DNA of 64,000 nt, from contig OZ059900.1 in assembly GCA_964057225.1 (NCBI GenBank), forward strand, positions 25,792,001 through 25,856,000. Direction: 5' to 3'. The notes beneath the pieces are model-generated. The model had not been told where the DNA came from. It saw only the letters and a list, made by a program, of their open reading frames with translations, and searched no databases. The first letter of the stretch is position 1. The number at the start of each line of letters is the position of its first letter. The position numbers were made by a program, and so were the translations under genes. Source of the DNA: Auanema rhodensis. Taxonomy: Eukaryota; Animalia; Nematoda. Below are positions 54,238 through 64,000 of the stretch, piece by piece.

Positions 54238-55866
54238 TCAAATTCTCCATGCTAAGAGCTGGAAGTTGTGGCTCTTCAACAGTGGGTGAACTTCTCCCAC
54301 TGGGTTCCGTAAAAGGTAAGGGTGTTGTAATACCCGTACTTCCTTGTGAATTTTCTTTAATGTAGGGAACCAATATTGACTTGTCCAGTTCGGAGCTATT
54401 AAGATTGCTTTGCATCGATCTCGAACAATCTTTGCTATTGTTTTCCCCACCATTGTAAATGGAGGGAAAATGTAAGCGTATCCTTGTGATAGCTCTGCCC
54501 AATTTACGGCAAAGGAGTTGATAAAGCAAGCTCCCGGGTCTGGAAGGTATGAAATATATCTATCTAATTTGAAATTATTTGAAGAAGCAAATAGATCAAT
54601 GTTAGGTGTTCCCCATTCAAGGAATATTTCTTTAATGATTTCATCATGTAAGCACCACTCCTCACTATCTAAGAACTGTCCTCTCGATAACTTGTCGGCG
54701 GAAATATTTTGTCGTCCCGGAATATGAGAAGCTTTTATTCTGATACCGCGGACAGTGCAAAATTCCCATAACTTTAAGGCTATATCAGAGCCTTCGGCCA
54801 AACGAGTGCCTCCTCGTTTGTTAATATAAGCAATAGCCGACATGTTATCAAGAAGTAAGGTCACGTCTACGTAACTTTTAGATTTGAGGAAGAAGGAAAC
54901 CGCTTTATAAGCAGCGCTCAGTTCTCTCCAGTTAATATGAAGTTTCTTTTCTTCAATAGACCAGATTCCGGAAATTTGTTGACCGTCCATACAACCTCCA
55001 TATCCTCGCAAGGAAGCGTCGGATGTTATAGTTATCGAAGGTGAAAACGGACAAAACGAAACAGGCAGATGCATTACAGTTTCCAAGATAAATTTAACTT
55101 GAGGAAATATTCTGTCCAAATCTCGCGATCTATTTAACTTATCGTTAATGTGTAGAGAAGAAGAGAGAGCTCTCAAGGATACCACACCTAGCGCACGTTG
55201 GAGAGAGTGAACGAAAAAACTGATTTCGGGATGAACAATAGCAATAAAGTTCAATAAGCCCAACAGGGATGCAAAACATCTTAATGTGGCGTCTGGTTTA
55301 TTTACCCGATCTAATGCATTTTGAATGCGATCTAACTTTGATACTGGTATTGACCATGTACCTTCCTGGGCATTTAGATTGATTCCCAGAAATTCTACTC
55401 TTTGAGTAGGGATTAAAATGGACTTAGTGTGGTTAACTGAGAAACCAGATTGCTTGAATAAACACAAGGCTAACTGAATATGCTCTTGTACTTGAGTGAC
55501 AGATGACCCAATAAACAGCCAATCGTCTAGATAGTTAATAATACGAACTCCTTTACTTCGTAGATACGAAGCAAGGACTCTAACGATCTTATGAAAAGTG
55601 AATGGAGCTGAACTAAGGCCAAATGGCATGGCTTGAGAAACATAACCAGAACCTCCAGCTCGAAAAGCTAGGAAAGGTTGATGTTCTGGATCAAAAGGAA
55701 CAGCATGATATGCAGACGAAAAATCTATTTTAGCTAACCAATCCGATGGTTGTATCAATAGTGATACATCTTTAATTGATTCTAGCTTGAAGGGAAGGTC
55801 CTGTAGATATGAATTGAGTCGTCTCAGATTCAAAATCAAGCGAAACTCTCCATCTTTCTTAGGCAC
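54238..55866 (-). CDS. pol: pol: reverse transcriptase + RNase H + N6-adenine methyltransferase-like domain
   Basis: RT: PKKDG..RLILNL, KIDFSSAY, MPFGLSSAP, YLDD (55522-55533), FLG. RNase H: TSDAS..GYG, HINWREL, DN, HIPG..N..ADKLSR. MT-like: WGTPNIDLFAS, YIFPPF, LIAPNW.SQ.WFP. The track's GTG start is probably not the true start; restored pol (56237-54238) would be 666 aa. Confidence 0.96.
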   Translation of the reverse strand: MPKKDGEFRLILNLRRLNSYLQDLPFKLESIKDVSLLIQPSDWLAKIDFSSAYHAVPFDPEHQPFLAFRAGGSGYVSQAMPFGLSSAPFTFHKIVRVLASYLRSKGVRIINYLDDWLFIGSSVTQVQEHIQLALCLFKQSGFSVNHTKSILIPTQRVEFLGINLNAQEGTWSIPVSKLDRIQNALDRVNKPDATLRCFASLLGLLNFIAIVHPEISFFVHSLQRALGVVSLRALSSSLHINDKLNRSRDLDRIFPQVKFILETVMHLPVSFCPFSPSITITSDASLRGYGGCMDGQQISGIWSIEEKKLHINWRELSAAYKAVSFFLKSKSYVDVTLLLDNMSAIAYINKRGGTRLAEGSDIALKLWEFCTVRGIRIKASHIPGRQNISADKLSRGQFLDSEEWCLHDEIIKEIFLEWGTPNIDLFASSNNFKLDRYISYLPDPGACFINSFAVNWAELSQGYAYIFPPFTMVGKTIAKIVRDRCKAILIAPNWTSQYWFPTLKKIHKEVRVLQHPYLLRNPVGEVHPLLKSHNFQLLAWRI

Positions 55867-56237
55867 ACAGAAACCAGGAGATAAGAATACCTTTTCATTT
55901 TTTGAATAGGTCTAATGGTGCCTTCTGACAGCATATCCACTATCAATAAGTCAAGGTTTCTTGAAGAGACCGAGCTATTAAGTGAGGAATCAAAATTACT
56001 CAAAGGAGGTAGAGAACCGTTAAATGGTAAACGATAATTAATAACTGATTGCAAAGTGAACAAATCAGACGAAATAGAAAGCCAAAATGAACAATGATTG
56101 GCTAATGAACGTGCAGAAAAGGAAGGAACTAACTTCGTACGTTGAGCAACAGAGCGGGAAGTAGTTTTCCTATTAACAGTGTGTCTACGGTCCGACGGTA
56201 CCACACGACGTTGAGATTGCTCCGAGCGGAGTTTCAT
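55836..56237 (-). CDS. pol: N-terminal part of pol (pre-RT region), separated from the rest by a 1-nt frameshift
   Basis: SLANHCSFWLSISSDLFTLQSVINYRLPF...PP...IVDMLSEGTIRPI fits the W..I..D.....I..Y.LPF...PP...L..G.I pattern that precedes DIRS RT. It continues in the -1 frame as NEKVFLSPGFCVPKKDG. Confidence 0.8.
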   Translation of the reverse strand: MKLRSEQSQRRVVPSDRRHTVNRKTTSRSVAQRTKLVPSFSARSLANHCSFWLSISSDLFTLQSVINYRLPFNGSLPPLSNFDSSLNSSVSSRNLDLLIVDMLSEGTIRPIQKMKRYSYLLVSVCLRKMESFA

Positions 56238-56301
56238 AACCTCGTTAGGTTTTTCTCAGTTCGGCTCGCAGTGCTCGCCCAAACAGTTCCACGGCCTGAG
56301 C

Positions 56302-56344
56302 CTGTGAAATAAATAATACAAGGCTAAAAGGCGGAGTGACTTAC
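56302..56344 (-). other. Putative 43-nt spliceosomal intron in gag
   Basis: Minus strand reads GGA|GTAAGTCACTCC...TGTATTATTTATTTCACAG|GCT. It has a consensus donor and acceptor and contains the ORF1 stop. Confidence 0.55.
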
Positions 56345-57049
56345 TCCTAATGCCGTATCAAAGGAGGAAGACGAACTAAGGCCAACTTTACGATAGTTTG
56401 GCATGCTCTGTGAAAAACGAGAGAATCCCATTCTGAGAAGGGCAAGCTCTCGAGTTGCTCCTAAGAAAGTGCACAGGTTTGCACTGACAAAGCGTTCCAG
56501 AATTGAGAGATAACCAGCAACTTTCGGAGAAAGTGGGCCACCTTCATCATTGGATCCGAGAAAACGGATAATAGTAACGATATTCAAAACTTGTAACTCG
56601 TTTTCGTAAAGTCCTCGTAACTCCTGTTCTGATACTTTATGAAATGATCTCGTTGAGCCATCCAAAAGATTTTGAAGTTTAGAGTCCAACACCGGGAGAT
56701 CTGCTAAGATGGATTCCGGGCGAGGGAGTTCTTGAATTAGTGATGAGCGGTCCGAAGGAAGGAGAGTAATACCAGCTGCGAGATGTTCAAAGTTAGTAAG
56801 AAGATCTTCCGCAAGCGAGATAACCGGTCGTTCCTTGGAGGCTGGAGTTGAAGGAGGTAGAGGAACAGAGCTAGGTTGAGGACAAGGCCTCTGGCGCTTG
56901 AAAGGCCTGAGAGATAGTGAACAGGATCTAGATGACGAAACGGATCTAGAACGTGAACTTCGAATATCTTGCTCTCGCGAAGGCGAACGCGAATAATGAG
57001 ACGAAGAATCCAAATCACGGGGAGTTGAAGGTTCCCGTGAAGACGGCAT
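56324..57049 (-). CDS. gag: ORF1, gag-like protein (241 aa unspliced; possibly 253 aa ending at 56245 if the 43-nt intron is removed)
   Basis: First ORF after the 5' ITR, with a Ser/Arg/Pro-rich N-terminus followed by a helical-looking region. The call rests mainly on position within a DIRS element. Confidence 0.75.
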   Translation of the reverse strand: MPSSREPSTPRDLDSSSHYSRSPSREQDIRSSRSRSVSSSRSCSLSLRPFKRQRPCPQPSSVPLPPSTPASKERPVISLAEDLLTNFEHLAAGITLLPSDRSSLIQELPRPESILADLPVLDSKLQNLLDGSTRSFHKVSEQELRGLYENELQVLNIVTIIRFLGSNDEGGPLSPKVAGYLSILERFVSANLCTFLGATRELALLRMGFSRFSQSMPNYRKVGLSSSSSFDTALGVSHSAF

Positions 57050-57081
57050 AGCGACCGATCAGCGTATGTCGGAAAATAAAA

Positions 57082-57257
57082 CTGATGTTTATGTGTTAGT
57101 TAGGAGGCGTGTCATTACTGGTTAGCACCACGGGTAATGATACGCTCATTTTACAATGTGTTACGAAATACTGTTGATTTCTGTTAATTTTTGTTTTATT
57201 GATTACCGAGAAGATATGTTATTTGGAAAATAAATAGCTTAAGACATGGGATATAAT
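57082..57257 (-). repeat. DIRS 5' inverted terminal repeat (176 bp)
   Basis: Exact reverse complement of 52847-53022 (ATTATATCCCATGTCTTAAG...CATAAACATCAG). No mismatch found by eye. Confidence 0.97.
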
Positions 57258-60200
57258 GCGTCATTTTAGTATGTAAAACGCTGAAATTCGTTGCATTTGA
57301 CGACTCATATGAACAAAAATCGATTTTATCAATATTAGCCATAAGGGGCGTGCCCTCAGAATATGCTAATTTCCTTAATTTTCTAACCCCTGTTTTTTTG
57401 TCGTGAAAGTGAAACTAGACGTTGTACGAACAGTTTTGAGCTAGGTTTCATTGACATTGCATGAGTTTGAACACATGAAATCGTAAGTCAAAACCTTGTT
57501 TACAGCGAAATTTCCAAAAACTGGTTTTCCAGCATAATAAAATATTTCTCAAGGGAAAAACTGTGTTTTTATATTTTTCTAGTGTTCAGCATGTGAAATG
57601 CTTAATTTTAGTATGTAAAACGCTGAAATTCGTTGCATTTGACGACTCATATGAACAAAAATCGATTTTATCAATATTAGCCATAAGGGGCGTGCCCTTA
57701 GAATATGCTAATTTCCTTAATTTTCTAACCCCTGTTTTTTTGTCGTGAAAGTGAAACTAGACGTTGTACGAACAGTTTTGAGCTAGGTTTCATTGACATT
57801 GCATGAGTTTGAACACATGAAATCGTAAGTCAAAACCTTGTTTACAGCGAAATTTCCAAAAACTGGTTTTCCAGCATAATAAAATATTTCTCATGGGAAA
57901 TACAGTGTTTTTGTATTTTTTTAGTGTTCAGCATGTAAAATGCGTCATTTTAGTATGTAAAACGCTGAAATTCGTTGCATTTGACGACTCATATGAACAA
58001 AAATCGATTTTATCAATATTAGCCATAAGGGGCGTGCCCTCAGAATATGCTAATTTCCTTAATTTTCTAACCCCTGTTTTTTTGTCGTGAAAGTGGAACT
58101 AGACGTTGTACGAACAATTTTGAGCTAGGTTTCATTGACATTGCATGAGTTTGAACACATGAAATCGTAAGTCAAAACCTTGTTTACAGCGAAATTTCCA
58201 AAAACTGGTTTTCCAGCATAATACAATATTTCTCATGGGAAATACTGTGTTTTTGTATTTTTTTAGTGTTCAGCATGTAAAATGCGTCATTTTAGTATGT
58301 AAAACGCTGAAATTCGTTGCATTTGACGACTCATATGAACAAAAATCGATTTTATCAATATTAGCCATAAGGGGCGTGCCCTCAGAATATGCTAATTTCC
58401 TTAATTTTCTAACCCCTGTTTTTTTGTCGTGAAAGTGGAACTAGACGTTGTACGAACAATTTTGAGCTAGGTTTCATTGACATTGCATGAGTTTGAACAC
58501 ATGAAATCGTAAGTCAAAACCTTGTTTACAGCGAAATTTCCAAAAACTGGTTTTCCAGCATAATACAATATTTCTCATGGGAAATACTGTGTTTTTGTAT
58601 TTTTCTAGTGTTCAGAATGTAGAATGCTTCATTTTAGTACGTAACACGCTGAAATTCGTTGCATTTGACGACTCATATGAACAAAAATCGATTTAATCAA
58701 TATTAGCCATAAGGGGCGTGCCCTCAGAATATGCTAATTTCCTTAATTTTCTAACCCCTGTTTTTTTGTCGTGAAAGTGGAACTAGACGTTGTACGAACA
58801 ATTTTGAGCTAGGTTTCATTGACATTGCATGAGTTTGAACACATGAAATCGTAAGTCAAAACCTTGTTTACAGCGAAATTTCCAAAAACTGGTTTTCCAG
58901 CATAATAAAATATTTCTCATGGGAAATACAGTGTTTTTGTATTTTTTTAGTGTTCAGCATGTAAAATGCGTCATTTTAGTATGTAAAACGCTGAAATTCG
59001 TTGCATTTGACGACTCATATGAACAAAAATCGATTTTATCAATATTAGCCATAAGGGGCGTGCCCTCAGAATATGCTAATTTCCTTAATTTTCTAACCCC
59101 TGTTTTTTTGTCGTGAAAGTGGAACTAGACGTTGTACAAACAATTTTGAGCTAGGTTTCATTGACATTGCATGAGTTTGAACACATGAAATCGTAAGTCA
59201 AAACCTTGTTTACAGCGAAATTTCCAAAAACTGGTTTTCCAGCATAATACAATATTTCTCATGGGAAATACTGTGTTTTTGTATTTTTCTAGTGTTCAGA
59301 ATGTAGAATGCTTCATTTTGATATGTAAAACGCTGAAATTCGTTGCATTTGACGACTCATATGAACAAAAATCGATTTTATCAATATTAGCCATAAGGGG
59401 CGTGCCCTCAGAATATGCTAATTTCCTTAATTTTCTAACCCCTGTTTTTTTGTCGTGAAAGTGGAACTAGACGTTGTACGAACAATTTTGAGCTAGGTTT
59501 CATTGACATTGCATCAGTTTGAACACATGAAATCGTAAGTCAAAACCTTGTTTACAGCGAAATTTCCAAAAACTGGTTTTCCAGCATAATAAAATATTTC
59601 TCATGGGAAATACTGTGTTTTTGTATTTTTCTAGTGTTCAACATGTAAAATGCTTCATTTTAGTATGTAACACGCTGAAATTCGTTGCATTTGACGACTC
59701 ATATGAACAAAAATCGATATAATCAATATTAGCCATAAGGGGCGTGCCCTCAGAATATGCTAATTTCCTTAATTTTCTAACCCCTGTTTTTTTGTCGTGA
59801 AAGTGGAACTAGACGTTGTACGAACAATTTTGAGCTAGGTTTCATTGACATTGCATGAGTTTGAACACATGAAATCGTAAGTCAAAACCTTGTCTACAGC
59901 GAAATTTCCAAAAACTGGTTTTCCAGCATAATAAAATATTTCTCATGGGAAATACAGTGTTTTTGTATTTTTTTAGTGTTCAGCATGTAAAATGCGTCAT
60001 TTTAGTATGTAAAACGCTGAAATTCGTTGCATTTGACGACTCATATGAACAAAAATCGATTTTATCAATATTAGCCATAAGGGGCGTGCCCTCAGAATAT
60101 GCTAATTTCCTTAATTTTCTAACCCCTGTTTTTTTGTCGTGAAAGTGGAACTAGACGTTGTACGAACAATTTTGAGCTAGGTTTCATTGACATTGCATGA

Positions 60201-63200
60201 GTTTGAACACATGAAATCGTAAGTCAAAACCTTGTTTACAGCGAAATTTCCAAAAACTGGTTTTCCAGCATAATACAATATTTCTCATGGGAAATACTGT
60301 GTTTTTGTATTTTTCTAGTGTTCAGAATGTAGAATGCTTCATTTTAGTACGTAACACGCTGAAATTCGTTGCATTTGACGACTCATATGAACAAAAATCG
60401 ATTTAATCAATATTAGCCATAAGGGGCGTGCCCTCAGAATATGCTAATTTCCTTAATTTTCTAACCCCTGTTTTTTTGTCGTGAAAGTGGAACTAGACGT
60501 TGTACGAACAATTTTGAGCTAGGTTTCATTGACATTGCATGAGTTTGAACACATGAAATCGTAAGTCAAAACCTTGTTTACAGCGAAATTTCCAAAAACT
60601 GGTTTTCCAGCATAATAAAATATTTCTCATGGGAAATACAGTGTTTTTGTATTTTTTTAGTGTTCAGCATGTAAAATGCGTCATTTTAGTATGTAAAACG
60701 CTGAAATTCGTTGCATTTGACGACTCATATGAACAAAAATCGATTTTATCAATATTAGCCATAAGGGGCGTGCCCTCAGAATATGCTAATTTCCTTAATT
60801 TTCTAACCCCTGTTTTTTTGTCGTGAAAGTGGAACTAGACGTTGTACGAACAATTTTGAGCTAGGTTTCATTGACATTGCATGAGTTTGAACACATGAAA
60901 TCGTAAGTCAAAACCTTGTTTACAGCGAAATTTCCAAAAACTGGTTTTCCAGCATAATACAATATTTCTCATGGGAAATACTGTGTTTTTGTATTTTTCT
61001 AGTGTTCAGAATGTAGAATGCTTCATTTTAGTACGTAACACGCTGAAATTCGTTGCATTTGACGACTCATATGAACAAAAATCGATTTAATCAATATTAG
61101 CCATAAGGGGCGTGCCCTCAGAATATGCTAATTTCCTTAATTTTCTAACCCCTGTTTTTTTGTCGTGAAAGTGGAACTAGACGTTGTACGAACAATTTTG
61201 AGCTAGGTTTCATTGACATTGCATGAGTTTGAACACATGAAATCGTAAGTCAAAACCTTGTTTACAGCGAAATTTCCAAAAACTGGTTTTCCAGCATAAT
61301 AAAATATTTCTCATGGGAAATACTGTGTTTTTGTATTTTTCTAGTGTTCAGCATGTAAAATGCTTCATTTTAGTATGTAACACGCTGAAATTCGTTGCAT
61401 TTGACGACTCATATGAACAAAAATCGATTTAATCAATATTAGCCATAAGGGGCGTGCCCTCAGAATATGCTAATTTCCTTAATTTTCTAACCCCTGTTTT
61501 TTTGTCGTGAAAGTGGAACTAGACGTTGTACGAACAATTTTGAGCTAGGTTTCATTGACATTGCATGAGTTTGAACACATGAAATCGTAAGTCAAAACCT
61601 TGTTTACAGCGAAATTTCCAAAAACTGGTTTTCCAGCATAATAAAATATTTCTCATGGGAAATACAGTGTTTTTGTATTTTTTTAGTGTTCAGCATGTAA
61701 AATGCGTCATTTTAGTATGTAAAACGCTGAAATTCGTTGCATTTGACGACTCATATGAACAAAAATCGATTTTATCAATATTAGCCATAAGGGGCGTGCC
61801 CTCAGAATATGCTAATTTCCTTAATTTTCTAACCCCTGTTTTTTTGTCGTGAAAGTGGAACTAGACGTTGTACGAACAATTTTGAGCTAGGTTTCAATGA
61901 CATTGCATGAGTTTGAACACATGAAATCGTAAGTCAAAACCTTGTTTACAGCGAAATTTCCAAAAACTGGTTTTCCAGCATAATACAATATTTCTCATGG
62001 GAAATACTGTGTTTTTGTATTTTTCTAGTGTTCAGAATGTAGAATGCTTCATTTTAGTACGTAACACGCTGAAATTCGTTGCATTTGACGACTCATATGA
62101 ACAAAAATCGATTTAATCAATATTAGCCATAAGGGGCGTGCCCTCAGAATATGCTAATTTCCTTAATTTGCTAACCCCTGTTTTTTTGTCGTGAAAGTGG
62201 AACTAGACGTTGTACGAACAATTTTGAGCTAGGTTTCATTGACATTGCATGAGTTTGAACACATGAAATCGTAAGTCAAAACCTTGTTTACAGCGAAATT
62301 TCCAAAAACTGGTTTTCCAGCATAATACAATATTTCTCATGGGAAATACTGTGTTTTTGTATTTTTTTAGTGTTCAGCATGTAAAATGCGTCATTTTAGT
62401 ATGTAAAACGCTGAAATTCGTTGCATTTGACGACTCATATGAACAAAAATCGATTTTATCAATATTAGCCATAAGGGGCGTGCCCTCAGAATATGCTAAT
62501 TTCCTTAATTTTCTAACCCCTGTTTTTTTGTCGTGAAAGTGGAACTAGACGTTGTACGAACAATTTTGAGCTAGGTTTCATTGACATTGCATGAGTTTGA
62601 ACACATGAAATCGTAAGTCAAAACCTTGTTTACAGCGAAATTTCCAAAAACTGGTTTTCCAGCATAATAAAATATTTCTCATGGGAAATACTGTGTTTTT
62701 GTATTTTTCTAGTGTTCAGAATGTAGAATGCTTCATTTTAGTACGTAACACGCTGAAATTCGTTGCATTTGACGACTCATATGAACAAAAATCGATTTAA
62801 TCAATATTAGCCATAAGGGGCGTGCCCTCAGAATATGCTAATTTCCTTAATTTTCTAACCCCTGTTTTTTTGTCGTGAAAGTGGAACTAGACGTTGTACG
62901 AACAATTTTGAGCTAGGTTTCATTGACATTGCATGAGTTTGAACACATGAAATCGTAAGTCAAAACCTTGTTTACAGCGAAATTTCCAAAAACTGGTTTT
63001 CCAGCATAATAAAATATTTCTCAAGGGAAAAACTGTGTTTTTATATTTTTCTAGTGTTCAGCATGTGAAATGCTTTATTTTAGTATGTAACACGCTGAAA
63101 TTTGTTGCATTTGACGACTCATATGAACAAAAATCGATTTAATCAATATTAGCCATAAGGGGCGTGCCCTCAGAATATGCTAATTTCCTTAATTTTCTAA

Positions 63201-64000
63201 CCCCTGTTTTTTTGTCGTGAAAGTGGAACTAGACGTTGTACGAACAATTTTGAGCTAGGTTTCATTGACATTGCATGAGTTTGAACACATGAAATCGTAA
63301 GTCAAAACCTTGTTTACAGCGAAATTTCCAAAAACTGGTTTTCCAGCATAATACAATATTTCTCATGGGAAATACTGTGTTTTTGTATTTTTCTAGTGTT
63401 CAGAATGTAGAATGCTTCATTTTAGTACGTAACACGCTGAAATTCGTTGCATTTGACGACTCATATGAACAAAAATCGATTTAATCAATATTAGCCATAA
63501 GGGGCGTGCCCTCAGAATATGCTAATTTCCTTAATTTTCTAACCCCTGTTTTTTTGTCGTGAAAGTGGAACTAGACGTTGTACGAACAATTTTGAGCTAG
63601 GTTTCATTGACATTGCATGAGTTTGAACACATGAAATCGTAAGTCAAAACCTTGTTTACAGCGAAATTTCCAAAAACTGGTTTTCCAGCATAATACAATA
63701 TTTCTCATGGGAAATACTGTGTTTTTGTATTTTTTTAGTGTTCAGCATGTAAAATGCGTCATTTTAGTATGTAAAACGCTGAAATTCGTTGCATTTGACG
63801 ACTCATATGAACAAAAATCGATTTTATCAATATTAGCCATAAGGGGCGTGCCCTCAGAATATGCTAATTTCCTTAATTTTCTAACCCCTGTTTTTTTGTC
63901 GTGAAAGTGGAACTAGACGTTGTACGAACAATTTTGAGCTAGGTTTCATTGACATTGCATGAGTTTGAACACATGAAATCGTAAGTCAAAACCTTGTTTA
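57258..64000. repeat. 342-bp tandem satellite array, right block (~20 monomers)
   Basis: The satellite resumes at GCGTCATTTTAG (57258), exactly where it was interrupted (CATGTAAAAT|GCGTC), in the same orientation and phase. Confidence 0.99.

Larger units (their letters stand above)
52811..57257 (-). mobile_element. Full-length DIRS1-like tyrosine-recombinase (YR) retrotransposon, 4,447 bp
   Basis: Minus-strand order is gag-like, RT(YLDD)-RNase H-MT, YR. It has 176-bp ITRs, a 3' terminal extension and an ICR, and no DDE integrase or protease. The satellite phase shift across it is exactly 4,447 bp. Confidence 0.97.

Noticed and set aside
53821-54727. Plus-strand 69-aa ORFs (53821-54030, 54518-54727)
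   Set aside because: Short antisense shadows of YR and pol, with no motifs.
53319-55866. Prophage integrase with retron/DGR RT and Dam methylase
   Set aside because: The RT-RNase H-MT fusion, YR, ITRs and ICR together are diagnostic of a eukaryotic DIRS retrotransposon.
56737-57018. 93-aa alternative-frame ORF inside gag
   Set aside because: Non-ATG start, nested in ORF1, no supporting features.
94-63904. Dozens of 61-84-aa ORFs (MGNTVFLYF...) as a tandem gene family
   Set aside because: They are one chance frame of the satellite monomer. About half of the monomers have an in-frame TAA from a single T>A change or lack the ATG, and there is no recognisable domain.

Overview
Eukaryotic satellite DNA, not a prokaryotic gene region. 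About 59.5 kb is a head-to-tail array of a highly homogeneous, AT-rich 342-bp monomer (about 174 copies, all in one orientation), probably (peri)centromeric. A few recurrent monomer variants mark nested higher-order duplications: a 48-monomer (16.4 kb) block, a 6-mer, a 10-mer and trimers. The array is interrupted once by a full-length 4,447-bp DIRS1-like tyrosine-recombinase retrotransposon on the minus strand (52811-57257). It carries gag-like, RT-RNase H-methyltransferase-like and YR ORFs, identical 176-bp inverted terminal repeats (ITRs), a 36-bp terminal extension and an internal complementary region (ICR). The ICR reproduces the circle junction with a single AAT/ATT core, and the element sits at an AAT of the satellite with no loss of target DNA. 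Other points of note are a probable 43-nt spliceosomal intron in gag, a 1-nt frameshift in pol at an A6 run, and an ITR segment that resembles the satellite target site. The many 65-aa ORFs are artefacts of the repeat. The host species cannot be determined from the sequence alone.
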